DNA of 64,000 nucleotides. Source: Tricharina praecox. Its lineage: Eukaryota. Positions 40,069-52,650 of the stretch are shown in pieces. The first letter of the stretch is position 1. Every line of letters starts with the position of its first letter. Below the pieces are notes generated by a model. It did not search any database, was not told the DNA's origin, and was given only the letters and a program-made list of their open reading frames with translations. The DNA lies in the NCBI RefSeq assembly GCF_024521635.1, contig NW_026250443.1, positions 62,001-126,000 of the forward strand, written 5' to 3'. A program made the translations under genes and the position numbers.

Positions 40069-41880
40069 ATGGATCACCTACCGCTTCCGCATGATCCTCT
40101 ATATGGTTCTTTCGAAGTTCCGTGCCTGAGCACCGAGACCCACGATGGGGGAGACTTTATAAGCTTCCCGGAACGACAAGGTTGGGGGAAACGAACCATC
40201 GGGGAATCGCAGACTGTTTTCAAAGAGCCACCGAAGAAACTTTTGGCTTTTCTTCAAACATGGCTTTTCTTCGGGCCGATATCCTTGTACTCTGGTGAAA
40301 GAGTCGATCTTTCTGACTTCACCAGATGGGTCGGCGATCCTGGCTATCGAGTCATAACAACTGGCCGGCTGCTACCTATGATAAAGAACCAACGCCACAG
40401 CGTGGAGCAACGTCACCGTACTCTCTTCCTGTTTATGCAGGTTGTAGCAGTGCACGCATATTTAAGACGTGAACTTAGATCCTCCGAGTTTGCGCTGGAC
40501 CATGCGAAACGGACCACGCTCCTCTCATTTCTCGAGACCGCCAGTTATAGGGATCCCAGACCACCACAAATTTCTTTGTCCATTGCACCACTTTACGAGG
40601 CTTTGCTCGCCGCAGTTGTCTGCGTATCGTATGGGAAACGCAGCACTACGCGTCTGATACCGACTGGAATATCTGGGGTATATAACATATTGACTTCGCG
40701 ATTGAGAACCAATGGTTGGTGCCCGTTTGAAATATCATCCATGGGCAGGAAGCTCAACTGCGCCGAACTATACGTCATGACTCACCTAGAGCAGCCACGC
40801 TCGACTAGCCAGCATGCGATGATCCGTGTTCACTTAGCGGCCTCTAGTGAATCCGCCGCCACGCCTGTCAACGACAAGGAGGGAGGGTGCCTTCACTCTA
40901 TTGGCCTCTGCACGCCAAACCAGTGCTCTTAATGTCAGCTCAACAATCAGACATATCAAACGAAACATGCTGATGGATGCATCAAGGCCGACTGTTATGA
41001 TATGGTGATTGAAGAGAACGAAAGTTTCGAAATCTTGAAGGGCGGAGGCATACCTTTGATTCTCTCCATTGATAGTGACAAAGATAACCGGAAAATCACG
41101 CTCATCGCCTCGGAGCCTGATACCTCATATGCCGCCATCTCACATATCTGGTCGGACGGTCTGGGAAATGTCCATCGGAGTGCACTTCCTCGTTGTCAGA
41201 TGCTCCGCTTGAGCGGTCTGATACGTAGCTTGCCCGGAAACACAAAGGATATCATTCTTTTCTGGATTGACACTATTGGATGTCCTTCGGGCGCAGGAGT
41301 TCAAAAGGAGGCGAAACAACTTGCCATCAGTAAGATGCGGCACACCTACCAGATGGCAAGCGCAGTGCTCGCTTTAGACTCCTGGCTACAGTACCAAAAC
41401 CCAGCTTGTCTGTCCAATCCAGAAATCCTTTTAAGAATTGTTTGCTCCCCCTAGAATAGCAGACTTTGGACTTTGCCAGAAGGGGCCTTACCGAAAATGC
41501 TATTTTTCCAGTTTGCCGACGCCCAGTAAGATCTCGACGAGGGAATAAATCACTTCAACAATCAGCCCAGCCACGGTCGAATCAAAGATCCTCGCCCTCT
41601 CGAATGCCCTCAGCTTTCGTTCCACCAATGTGGCATCGGATGAACTAATATGCCTTGCTTCCTTACTCGACCTCGACGTGCTCGAGATCGCTCTAACTCC
41701 ACCCAGCGACAGGATGGCAAAGTTCTGGAGCAATTTTGCGACTTTGCTCGAAGAGCTTGTCACCAACGACCGATCGCGGCTGAAAACCAGAGGCTACCGT
41801 TGGGCGCCAAAAATACTGCTATGTGGAAGTGGTGGAGCAGCTGTCTGTGAGAGGAGGAAGTGAAGGAGGAGCTGTCGGCG
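40069..41880 (+). pseudogene. HET-domain (heterokaryon incompatibility) protein pseudogene
   Basis: MDHLPLP...FLQTWLFFG...NGWCPFEI...YQTKH...YAAISHIWSDGLGN...LPRCQ...FWIDTIGCP...MRHTYQMASAVL...SP*NSRLWTLPEG; in-frame stops at 40930, 41452 and 41527 and later frame breaks; putative 5' UTR intron 39976-40031. Confidence 0.9.
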
Positions 41881-42159
41881 GAAGAAAAGGAATGTGATTA
41901 GTAGTGAGCATCGACCTTGGTGGGCATAGCGAAGGGCATGGCGAGGTCGGCCGAATGAGGAGGGGGGACTTAAGCTGGCACCCGCGGGTTTTCTTTCCTG
42001 ATCATCATCTATCAATGAGACGGTCAACCCCCATCTCCGCTCTCTCCTCTGTGTGTGCTCCCTTCCTCATCACACTTGTTGGCCTGGAGAGGCGTTCGCA
42101 AAGAGCTCTCGCAAGACTGTCTTCGCCGTGGATAAGGTGCTCTCGTTGCAGTGAATACT

Positions 42160-42500
42160 AGAGGGAGAGAGACGAAGAGGTTGATCGTCCATTTTGTAGG
42201 TGACAATGACAGAGAGAGGAGACGTTTATTCTGTAGATGATGAGAGAGAGAGAGGGTGAGAGAGATATTATGTGACGACACTGAGGAAACCCCGTTCATC
42301 AGTAACTCTTCGAAGGGCGTGGAGGTGGGGGGCCCTAAATTTCCGGCCGTGTGAGTAGATGGTGTATGGGAGAGAGAGAGGGAGAAAGAGAGGAGACGTC
42401 TATTCTGTACACGATGAGATATAGAGAGGAAGAGAGAGGGAGGAGGCATGGAGGTTGACCGTCTATTCTTTAGATAATGATGAGAGAGAGATGACGTAGC
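42160..42500. repeat. degenerate GA-rich minisatellite
   Basis: Recurring gacgt(t/c)tattctgtagatgatgagagagag and ggttgatcgtc units; related copy at ~43135-43185. Confidence 0.7.
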
Positions 42501-44352
42501 CCGGCGAAGGGAACGGCGAAAAGAAAGATGACGAAGAAGTTAAGGTTGTATGCAACCTCGAAGAGCCATCTATTGTGGCTCTCCTCCGCTGTCTACATAC
42601 AACGGTCGGTATCACTCCATCCGGTTAGGGGCTTTAGTTACTGTGGGACACAGCGGAAACGGCGGGCATGGCAGATGCACGAGCGGTGAAATTCCGCCGA
42701 CCTGGCTAGACCAGATTCGGTGGGGTTAAACGTTCAGATACCTCTTGTGGATATACTGTGTCGGCCGGCCTGTCTGTCTGTTCATCGTCTGTCTGTTTCA
42801 TCGTTCTCTACTATCTGTTCGTTATCGTTCTCATCAGGGTACTTTTCGTTGTTATTTGTCCTGACCTCGCTATTCAACTCGCAAAGTTTTAGGATCTCCT
42901 GAAGAACACAGGAGGCTCTTTCTTGGTTCTTGTCGTTTCATCTCTCGTGAAATACAATCGGTCCTCTCTAGCTATCACCAAAGTTGCCAAAGGGTCTCTC
43001 CGGGTCCTAGTGCTTCATTACCCACTCTTCCTTATCTTATCGCATCCGTTGCCCATGATCTCATCCTCCTATATATCCTACATATCGCTCCTCTCAGTGG
43101 TGACAGACAGCAAGGGAGAGGGGAAGGAGGAGGTAGGGGTTGATCGTGTATTGTGTAGATGACCAGAGAGAGAGAGAGAGGAGGCCTCTCGGACAGCCTC
43201 TCAAGTTCGCTCCCTCCCCGCTGCCCGCTGCCCTAACCATCCACACTAACCACATCCGTTTCCTCTCGCCGACTACTATTATCCATACTACAACGCATTC
43301 TATGACAATGGCGCATTCATCATCACCACCATCTCTGCTGGTTGCTTGCACATCTTACGTATTAACTATGATATTCGCATTTACTAACACCACGCATTCA
43401 GCACGAGTGAGTTTGCTGCATTTACTAGCAATAATGCATTTAGCACGGTGCGTATCTGTCACCAAATGAGGAGCACTTCATTCTGCGACATTTTGGTTGC
43501 AGCCAATGAGTGATTCACTCATTCCTTGTACCCTAGGGTCTCTCTGTACTGTACGGCGAGTGTGCGGGAGCGAAGGCGGAGGGTGAGGTACTAAAATGAT
43601 GGCAATATGTGTTCTTGCATAATTACCTAATACGTGTCGGACCGGAAAATGGTACCGCTATGCACTGGCACCTCATGTCTGTGCTTTAATGGGCCTACAA
43701 TTTGTAAAGCTCACAAATACTACGAAGTGGACGGTCTATTCGCCTCGTCGACTCTGGTCTATAGGTACAGTGCTAGCCGGGATCGTCTATTTAGCCTATC
43801 TAGCCTAGGTATTTGGTCTCTTATCTGATCCGATCCGAGTGATCGCTATGAACTCGTCTATCCTTTCATCATCCTTCCCGCCCCCGTCGGTCCCGGAAAT
43901 CTGAACGAGCCATTTCGTTCGGTGCAGTTCCCGGTGACTCGGCTAGGGTGGGGCCGAGGATGACACAGCGGGAAGAGGACGTATCGGCGGGAAGAAGCGA
44001 ATGAGGTTAGTGGGCAGCACCAATGCTGGCGGCTCTAACGGGTCGTATGCTCTCTTAGCCGTCTGCTTCTGCCTCTTTTCCTTCTTCTTCTTCTTCTTTT
44101 CATCATCATCATCCTAATACCTAGACGATCAACCCTCACATCTTCTGTTTCCTTTGCGTGTGCTTTCCTTTAGATACCTCGTCAGGCGTGGAGGAGTGTT
44201 GACCGACGAACCGCTCGCAAGACGGACTCTACCACACTATCGTCGCCGCGGACGGCCCCCCACGATCGTCGACCTGCCGAAAATCAGTCTGTATTCGCCG
44301 TGAACACGGCCGCTCGCACAGGACCCGACGTCCCGCCGCGCTACATATCGCA

Positions 44353-45516
44353 ATGCCTTCCCCACAGCCACTGTCAGGGGCTAGTTACTGGCCGGTCGAA
44401 GATTGGGAGTACGAAGACCCTGGGCAGGACGGTTTCGAGAATTACTACAGCGAAGATGCATATAATGGTTACGAGTCTCCGCCACCATCACTGTCGATGG
44501 GCCGCGGCTCCGCTCTACCTCTTCGGTCGGTCTCACCCATGCCCGCTCAACTAAATTTCCGCAACGTCACACCCGATTCATACAGACAATTCAGACACGG
44601 CCGCTCGCACACGATCCGACAGCTCGCCGCAAACCGTATCGCAATGCCTTCCGCACAGCCACCGCCAGGTGATAGTTACTGGCCGGTCGACGATGGGGAG
44701 TACGAAGAACCTGGTCAGGACGGTTTCCAGAACTACTACAGCCAAGATGCATATACTGGTGACGAGTCTCCGCCAGAACCCATAGCGAGCCCGATCCTTG
44801 CTGCTGCAGCCAATTATTCTGCATCTGGGAATCGCAAACGGAAGCAAGGAGCTACTCTCGAGTCCGCAGGGGATAGTGGCACTGTCCGCGATGAGGAGCT
44901 GATTCGCCGTGAGATGTTGTCCGCCGCAAAGCGTCTCTACGGCCGATACTTCGACATCAGCGACAGTAACGCCGACATTCTTGTCCACCGGTTCTACCTC
45001 GATTTCGCCCCCGGTGTTCCTATCCGCGAAGCCGCCCGCAAACGCATCCTCGAGTTGAAACGGAATTGGCAACGCAAGATTATCCGCGCCATTCGAGATC
45101 ACGTCCAGAGCGAAGTGCTACGTCAGCCCAACCTGCTCCATTGGAGCGAAGACAAGGTTGAGGCGCACTTCCACAGTGCATACGATTTGGAAGCGATGGA
45201 AACGAAGATTCTTAAACCCATCAGTAAAGTCGTTGACGTCAAGGCGATCTTTCGCGGCAAGCTCGCTTCCTTATACGTGGCCTGGTACATCCATGTGTGC
45301 CGGCTTATCCTCAAGGAGATAGCCCCGTATCTCAGATCAAATGACCCCGATATGCGTAAGCGTATTAGGGGCCACAGGCATACGGAGGAGGTCTACCACG
45401 CGTTCCGTACGATTGCGCTTCAGAACACCTATGAAGAAGTTCGCGTTGAGGACGTACCGATCAAGGCTCCTCGCGGTAACGGTGGAGAACGCAACAACAG
45501 AATAAAGACGGCGTAG
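44353..45516 (+). CDS. 387-aa orphan protein with a duplicated acidic/aromatic N-terminal module
   Basis: Uninterrupted ORF; two ~44-aa copies of SYWPVxDxEYExPGQDGFxNYYSxDAYxGxESPP 291 nt apart; NRKRKQ basic patch; helical C-terminal half. Confidence 0.7.
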   Translation: MPSPQPLSGASYWPVEDWEYEDPGQDGFENYYSEDAYNGYESPPPSLSMGRGSALPLRSVSPMPAQLNFRNVTPDSYRQFRHGRSHTIRQLAANRIAMPSAQPPPGDSYWPVDDGEYEEPGQDGFQNYYSQDAYTGDESPPEPIASPILAAAANYSASGNRKRKQGATLESAGDSGTVRDEELIRREMLSAAKRLYGRYFDISDSNADILVHRFYLDFAPGVPIREAARKRILELKRNWQRKIIRAIRDHVQSEVLRQPNLLHWSEDKVEAHFHSAYDLEAMETKILKPISKVVDVKAIFRGKLASLYVAWYIHVCRLILKEIAPYLRSNDPDMRKRIRGHRHTEEVYHAFRTIALQNTYEEVRVEDVPIKAPRGNGGERNNRIKTA

Positions 45517-46537
45517 ATGCTGAAGACGACAACAGGTTTGCTGAGTGAAGGCTCGTCAGTTCACTATCTCTACCATCTTTTTTTGCTAATAATTTTAGGT
45601 TCAAGTGACGGCACGTTTGGGGTTTTCTCGCGGAATTTTTGCGTGGGATTTCAGTCTTTTAGGAGTATCTTGAGCTTGATAATGAGGCTCCAATTGTGTA
45701 CAACGGGTATTTGTTTTTGTGCAATTTCAAACGCTCGAGAATTTTCTCGTCTCGGACTTTCCGAAGAATATGAAGCTACGGCCTAGTTATGGGGTCACAA
45801 TCTCTAGATCCGACGTGTTTGTTACGTATTCGGGAAAGTCAGAATCCTTTTGAGGGAGAATAACAATGATTAGTCGGCCGCTATGAATCTCAGATTCGTG
45901 CGGGTGACGTCGGTTTAAGGTTCTGTAGCGGCCCGCCTGTGAGTGTGCAGCGATCACACTCCACTCGCTGTACTCTGGAGTGATATCTAATAAGGATTTG
46001 TGTTAGTGTTTCGTGTGTCTACCCTATGGTAGAGTTCTGTTGGGTGCCGGTAGATAATTAATGGGGAGCGAGCACGGAAGGATCATGAGCACGTGATGCA
46101 GCTGATGAGCACGTGATGAGGCTGATGGTATTATTGGTGGCTCGCGCCTTCCGGAAGAACCATTCTATTTCGGGCGGCGGAACTTAACGTTGTGTCAAAG
46201 AGAGGTTCATAAGGTGGTTTTTAAGGCGTGGCCAAAGGGATGACCTTTTCTCATCAAATATTCTTTGAGTGCCGTACATCAAGCTGTACGGTACACAGGT
46301 AGCTGTAGGTGTCGCGAGATAGAGAGCTCCCCGCAAAGATGGACAACAGGCAGCTGCATTAACTAGCGTGCGGTCGGTTGCGACACACCATCGCCAACCA
46401 GGGTCTTCATGTGCATGACAATTATGACTCGCGTCGTGGACGGATCCTCTCTATAACTACGCGAAGCTACAGCTGAGCCGCGTGCCAACATCAACATCAC
46501 CGTGTACACACCTTCCATCACGCACCCAGCACCGACG

Positions 46538-47290
46538 ATGCGCGCGCCAATCCTCACCCTCCCGCCCGAGATCCTCAAAGAGTTCTTCCTCAACCTCCCG
46601 CACTACGGAGATGCCATAATGCTCGCGAGCACGTGTCAACATTTCCACGCCGTATGGACAGCCAACGCTGCCGTGCTCTCTGCCGCATTGCTTCCGACGT
46701 GCCCGATCTTTTATCGTGACACGCCAGAGTACAACCCGTGGTCGACATGGGCCGTTGCTGTGCGACTGTACGATCTACGGCATGGTGTGAAACCCCCTCC
46801 CGTTGCATGGCGGAAGTCACACTGACGGTTGCCAGCAGCCGACGAGATCCCCGCCGACCCCCTCCTCCGGCTCCGCGGCATCCTCGAGCTCGGTTGTGAC
46901 ATTTTCTACACTAGCCAAGAAATGGCCGAGTACATCGGGGGGCGGTGCCCGCCGTACGACAAAAAGTGGGGAGGAGGCGGGAAAAAGCTTCATAAGTGGA
47001 GATGGGCCAACTTCAGCGTTCCTGCGACGGCGTCGCTGTTGTACGAATACTTCTACACGCTCGAGGTTGAGGGCGAAAAGTGTTTCCGCGACCGCCGCAT
47101 GTGGGATGCCGCTGCGTTCTTGGAGTATCACTGGGAGCCGTCCTGGTGCATACCAGAGATGGACCAGCAAACAAGGGAGTGGGTGCGCGGCGCTGGTCAC
47201 ATTTTTACGGATGCCGCTTCTACTTTGGATAGCCTGAGTGTGGTCGTGTGCGAGCGGGTGTTTAGGATTTGCTTTGGCGCAAATAAATAG
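46538..47290 (+). CDS. F-box-like protein
   Basis: ILTLPPEILKEFFLNL...LASTCQHFHAVW; both ORF-track pieces are in one frame; the TGA at 46823 lies in a plausible 51-nt intron 46785-46835 (GTGTGA...CTGAC...CAG). Confidence 0.65.
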
Positions 47291-48721
47291 TTTTTTGATT
47301 AGTACATACGATTGATAATCGCTGAGTACCCGTCGATTCGCGTTCAATTGTGGGGACGCTGATGCTTATCCTCAGCAGCCATTGGCAATCTTGTGATCTC
47401 GCCCGGTGATAACACATATACACCGCCAAACTCCACAAATGCTGCTCCGTATCGGAATTCTCCGGTGATCTGGCTTTTCCTTGTTGATTACCGCGGTGAT
47501 GAGACCCTTGCTTATTGACCGTGTTTGCCACGCCGAAATCCAGAATTTGTGATCGCGTGACCGAAACAAGGGATTCGGATCTATCGGTGGTGTAGTATTA
47601 ATATTTGATCGTCGCTCCGGGTTTAGTCTGATGGTAGCTGCGGGTCTACATGGCTGCCGACCAAGAGTTATCCCACGGCGGGGTCTCCGATGGCGGCTGG
47701 GGCTTCCGTGACGTCGATTTAGGGCTCGCCATTCACATGTTCGGGTGGTGCCGAACTATCCCACCGGGAATGTTGGAGTACAAGATCTGATGTTTCGTAT
47801 CAGCCTTCAGGTATATACCGTAGTCTCTTTGGCAACGGATGCATCATGCATGTATCACTCGATGTCTTTGTCACCGCCGTAAAGTGTTCCTCAGCCGACG
47901 CATCGGCAGTCGGGAGCTCTTCACAAGATATCACCCGTAGTGCTGTGGCTTACGAATAAACCGGCACTAAGCCGTGTGGAGCTGTAGATACTAAAGTTCT
48001 CCATCCGAAGTTCCGAACAGCCAGTTCTTGAAGGACAGTCGGCTTGTAAGAGAGCTCGGAGGCGGCCTTCCGACCGATATGGCTATACTCATCAGGGTCA
48101 CTCGGTGGATACGTAGGATCTCTGGGTTTGAGTCTGGAACTCGGCTGCTAGGTAGGCGGAGGGCGGTGGGTGGCGGGGGGCGGTTGGGCGGGTCACGAGC
48201 TTCGGACCGGAGATGGACGATCGAGACTCGGTGGCATTTGGCGATGGCACAGTTGCTGCTGCAGGTTCGACAGAGAAATTGCAATGTGCTTTTCCCGTGT
48301 TGATGATGGCAGTTATGCTCCGGGATTTCATCATGCCCTTCCGGTAGTGGTCTCCACCTTCCTCTCTGCTGTCCCTGCATTACTGGACGGCAACTTGGGA
48401 TCAACGAATTGGCATATACTAAAAGACGACAGGAAAGTGGGAGCGTGGAGCAAGATAATCAATGCTCCTGCTATAGATGTCACACTCAGAGATGGAATTA
48501 CTATCCAGTGCTCATCACCCCTCATCACATAAATTGGGTCCGCGCTCGAATGACTACAAATAAGTGCACAACAAACAAGACACATTAATCCGGAGTATCA
48601 CAGTATGACCAACGAATCAAGATACCATGTAGCTATCCTCCAATGCCATCACGTGTTCCCCGAGTGGAAGACGTTGAAATCCAGGAAGCCCTTCACCCTG
48701 TTGTCTAACCGTCAGCATTTA

Positions 48722-49309
48722 CTATGTGAATATCATCCCGGGAAAGAAAACATACCTCGCGATACCTCCGGCCTTATTATTATGATGACAGTGTTTCGCA
48801 AGCTTCTGAATCTGCTGCCCGACATGATCGCAGCGAACAGAAAAGTTGGTAAGTTTCTGTCCGCAGACGCTGACGCTCGCCGTGAACGACTCCACAAGGT
48901 GAGTGCACTGATCATTGACCTGGCAGCAGGGCTTCGCCTTGAGGTACTTGAGCTTTGCGCCAGCATAGGCAACGTCGCTGATGTGCGACGAGCCCTCGGA
49001 GGTCTCGCAGTGGCGCTCCCACTTCAGTGCGTCGCCGCCGGGCACGGACGAAGGCGCAGGGATCTAGAGCGCGTGGTCGAAGAATCCGGCTAGGAGAGAC
49101 GGCAGAACCGCGGACGCGTTGCGCTCGAACAGCGCAATTTGCGCGGCGATGTTGAACGCTGGGTGCGTCGCGTCGAAGCCCGCGGAGAGCTGGTAGATGA
49201 CCGCCGGAAGCAGTTCGTCGGAATGCGGCTCGACGGGCATCGCCAGGGTTGCGGTCGCCGCGAAGAAGAGGGCGGCGAGGCGGAGGAGGTTGATACGGGT
49301 GGCGTACAT
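48722..49309 (-). pseudogene. small secreted cysteine-rich (effector/toxin-like) protein with one premature TAG
   Basis: Signal peptide LLRLAALFFAATATLA, pro-region, TAG 49064-49066, then an in-frame domain CETSEGS...CCQVNDQC...VCG...C...C. Confidence 0.7.
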
Positions 49310-51949
49310 AGTTGATTGGTTGTCGTGTTGGTAGTGTGTCGTGTGTTGCAGAGGTTATAGAGGTGAAGCTGTCTTGGGAATAGAAAGATGTGAAGCTGTT
49401 GGGTGGTGGTTTCGTTGACTTAGGTAGGCGTCGTGACACTAGTTTTGGGGGAATTCAATGGGATTTTCCGTTTTGTTTCGAACGGTTATATCGAGAGCAG
49501 ACGCTTGAATTGACCCATCATCGAGCCCACTCGCGGTGTGAGCTATGAGTTGCGATCTGTGTGTTGTGAACATCAAAACGCACTCATTCATCAGCAATGA
49601 CGTGAACGAAATACTTGCGGCTACCATGATCAGAGCCCCACAACAGCTCACTTCCCATCTAGGCGGTACGTCGAGTACGTCCATACTCCGTAAAAGCCCA
49701 ATGTCTAAGGATTCTCTCATACGCGGGTGTGCCGTCTCTCTTTACTTCGGTTTTCGTTTCTGTCCCGCACGGCTATCATCAACACCTCAGGCCCGATTAT
49801 AGTCAGCGCCAGTGTTTCCGAGATGTTTCGTATTCCCTCCGCTCGCTACCCTGCCGGACAGGATTTATGTGCATATCCGTGGGCATCACAATTACGGCGA
49901 TGGATTGAAGTATATCAGCAGTCAATAATGTTCTATCGAGTCAACGCACAAATCTTTACACAGACCTTATGTGATTTTACACGTTATCGTCCCCTCAGCA
50001 CCATTTTTCTCTTACTCAACACTCGTCCAATGTCTTCCTCGGCTGTTTCCCCTCCAGCTTCCCCCTGAATACAACCACCGGCACAGATGACCTTCGTTAT
50101 GTTGCCAGTAGGCCGAGCCCTTTTCTGGCTGGATAATGTTTGGGCACCTGGGAGGAGACTGCGGCGGCTTGTTGTGGGTGCTGGTAAAACGGCGGCGACT
50201 CGTGGACTGTTCTCAGTTCTGTCAATCAATACTTGAAAGTGCGGCAGAGGCATCTGTAGCTTCTGCTATGGCAGTAATGACGGTGATATGTAAATGCATG
50301 ATGCTTGAAGATGTAAAGCCGTATATCAGCTGTGTCAAACCTGATATTGGTCTATTCATGGTGGCAAGAGGAACAGCTCTTTCATAGTAGCGAGAAAACG
50401 ATTTTCTCTAATGGCACAGCAGATGGTTTTAGCTACCGGGTAGCACCGAGAGCTTGCGAGCAGACTAGCCTCCTCACAAATCAGCGGGCAGACCGGTCTG
50501 CTCGCAAAAAAATTCCCTACTGTCCGGTCACTTCGTATATCCAGTCACTTCGTCAGGGGGCCGGTCACTTGGTCTGGTGGCCGGTCTATTTTAAAATACT
50601 AGTTTTACCCAGAAAGCTAGAACACAGACATGTAATCTGCCATGACCTACTAAGGCCGAATATTTTCACATGATGTTCAAGCAAAACAAAACCGAACGGT
50701 GGCTCGAACCAAAAACCTTCACCACCCCTGGTGGGTTGCTTGGAAACCCCGACAGCAGGACCGGTGTCCATGCTAACTCTGTCAGGTGCGTGACCACTAG
50801 GCCACGCAGGGTTTTTTCCATGCTGTAAGTTGACTACGCGCGGTTATGAACCCGTCCGAGCTGTGCGAAGCGCTAACTTAGCGATTCAGCAGTAGTGCTA
50901 CTACTCACTAATTACATTACATACCGTCACTATCGATAGATCGGAGCTATCGACGACCTCGTAGTACCTGTGAAGCTTTACGACGTGTAGACGCGTTAGA
51001 ACAGACCTGTCTACTTACCTTCCTTCTTTCTCCTCCTCTTTTCTCTTCTTCTTCCTCTTTACAATCCAAGATCCTTGCGTTATGCAATCGCGGCTATACA
51101 TACGGAAGACCTAATCCTTTACGAGTCGACATGCGTGTATGGGCCAACTTATCAAGCTCTGCATCACAAAAACGCACTCGTCCCGATTCCGAAATCTCGT
51201 TTGTTCGTCTGGCATTGCCATACGTCGCCATGGTGGGAACTTCAGCTAAAAATTGTCCGTTATAGATAAGGATTTCAATGTTCCGCTCCTCCGAGAAATT
51301 GCAATCGGCAACACAAACGGATGCTGCACCCAGCGGAAGCACATCTGTCAATCGGATCTGATTAAATAAGTGGCGGATCAGGATGCGCAGTGTGTATACC
51401 GCAAGAGTAGCTCTCTATCCCGCTACTTACTAAATCAAAATTATGATTAATGCTTCGGCAAATTGTTGTGGGAGTTGGTATCAAAACCACTGATATACTC
51501 CAGGCTCGCCTCGGAAAACACTTATACCCGCTCCACCGCGTAGGTGGCATCGGTAGGGAGAGTAGCCAGGGAGGTTTCTCGGAACGAGACATCAGCACAG
51601 CGAATACGAGCCATACTCACTGCAGAAGTTGGGGGAGCGAGCGGAAGTCGTTAATAATGACGCGAACTTCCAGAAGAGGCAAGAGATCGAGAGGACGACC
51701 AGAGTATTGGTTGTTCTATTGACGGACTAACTGTAGGAAAACACGAGAGAGAAATGCAAGTCTTTATATTCAGGAAACTCAGCTTCCCACGTATACCACT
51801 GCCGCGGCGAAACTCGTCGCCCATATCATCCATATCATCCATATCACCCATATCACCCAACCCTCCTATTCTCTTATTCAGCCCATCAATAAAACAAAGA
51901 AAAAACATCGGGTTGGTGACTGGTAGCTGCCACAACTAAGATATACATC

Positions 51950-52650
51950 AGCATCTACACTCCACGACCCAACCCAACCCAACCCATTCGACAGGAAACA
52001 GGAGACAGGAGACATATGTGTTCGGAAAATCCAAATTCGCCACCCCCAACCAGAGTGTGTTGTATACGGGATCTGCGTTCAATGCTTTCCCAAAAACATC
52101 TTTTGTTCTCTCTGCGTATCTTTTTGCGACGTGCTGCAGATTGCTCATGCCCTGATTCGGACCGCCAGGACCCGCGGGTCCTCCGGTCCAAAACAGTTCC
52201 AGTCTTACAAGGTATCCTCTGGCATCAATTATCCGATGCCTGATTTGCGATCACCGCGTCGATGCAGCGCATAAGCTGTTCGATGAGATGCTCGGCCTTC
52301 TCCACGAGTTCAATCATCTGATCTTCAAGTTCGATCACGCGTTTCTGGGCTTTTTCGATTGCATCGACGTAGTCGGCCTCCTTGGTATCCTCGGAGCCTG
52401 AGCTGCGCTGACGGATATGGTGTTCGACGAGTCTGAGCCGCGCAAGCGGATGAAATTGTGGAGAGCCTCCACGTGGGATTTCCAGCTTGTTCGCTCCTCG
52501 TTGATGAGGCCGTCTCTGTGGGCCGAGAATGTTAGTGCGGATGAGACTAGGCGGAAACGCGGATGAGACTAGGAGGAAACGGCAACGAACCTTTAAGTGG
52601 AGAGCCTCTACTCGGCTTTCTTGGAGGCCTTTTTGAAGGCCTACTGGACG
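51950..52650 (-). pseudogene. degraded coiled-coil gene fragment
   Basis: Broken frames such as ADYVDAIEKAQKRVIELEDQMIELVEKAEHLIEQL with intron-like CTAAC...CAG signals; no continuous ORF. Confidence 0.3.

Noticed and set aside
40069..41880. Rescue of the HET gene by stop-codon editing
   Set aside because: Besides the TAG at a Trp position it has two TAA stops and downstream frame breaks.
43880..43960. Hairpins near a CTAG suggesting a Helitron 3' end or structured RNA
   Set aside because: CTAG is not followed by T, no 5' end or Rep/Hel ORF is seen, and the pairing is imperfect.
46085..46125. Two CACGTG E-boxes upstream of the F-box gene
   Set aside because: Explained by a short local duplication; no evidence of function.
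50454..50508. 12-bp inverted repeat TTGCGAGCAGAC
   Set aside because: Isolated, with no target-site duplication or other support.
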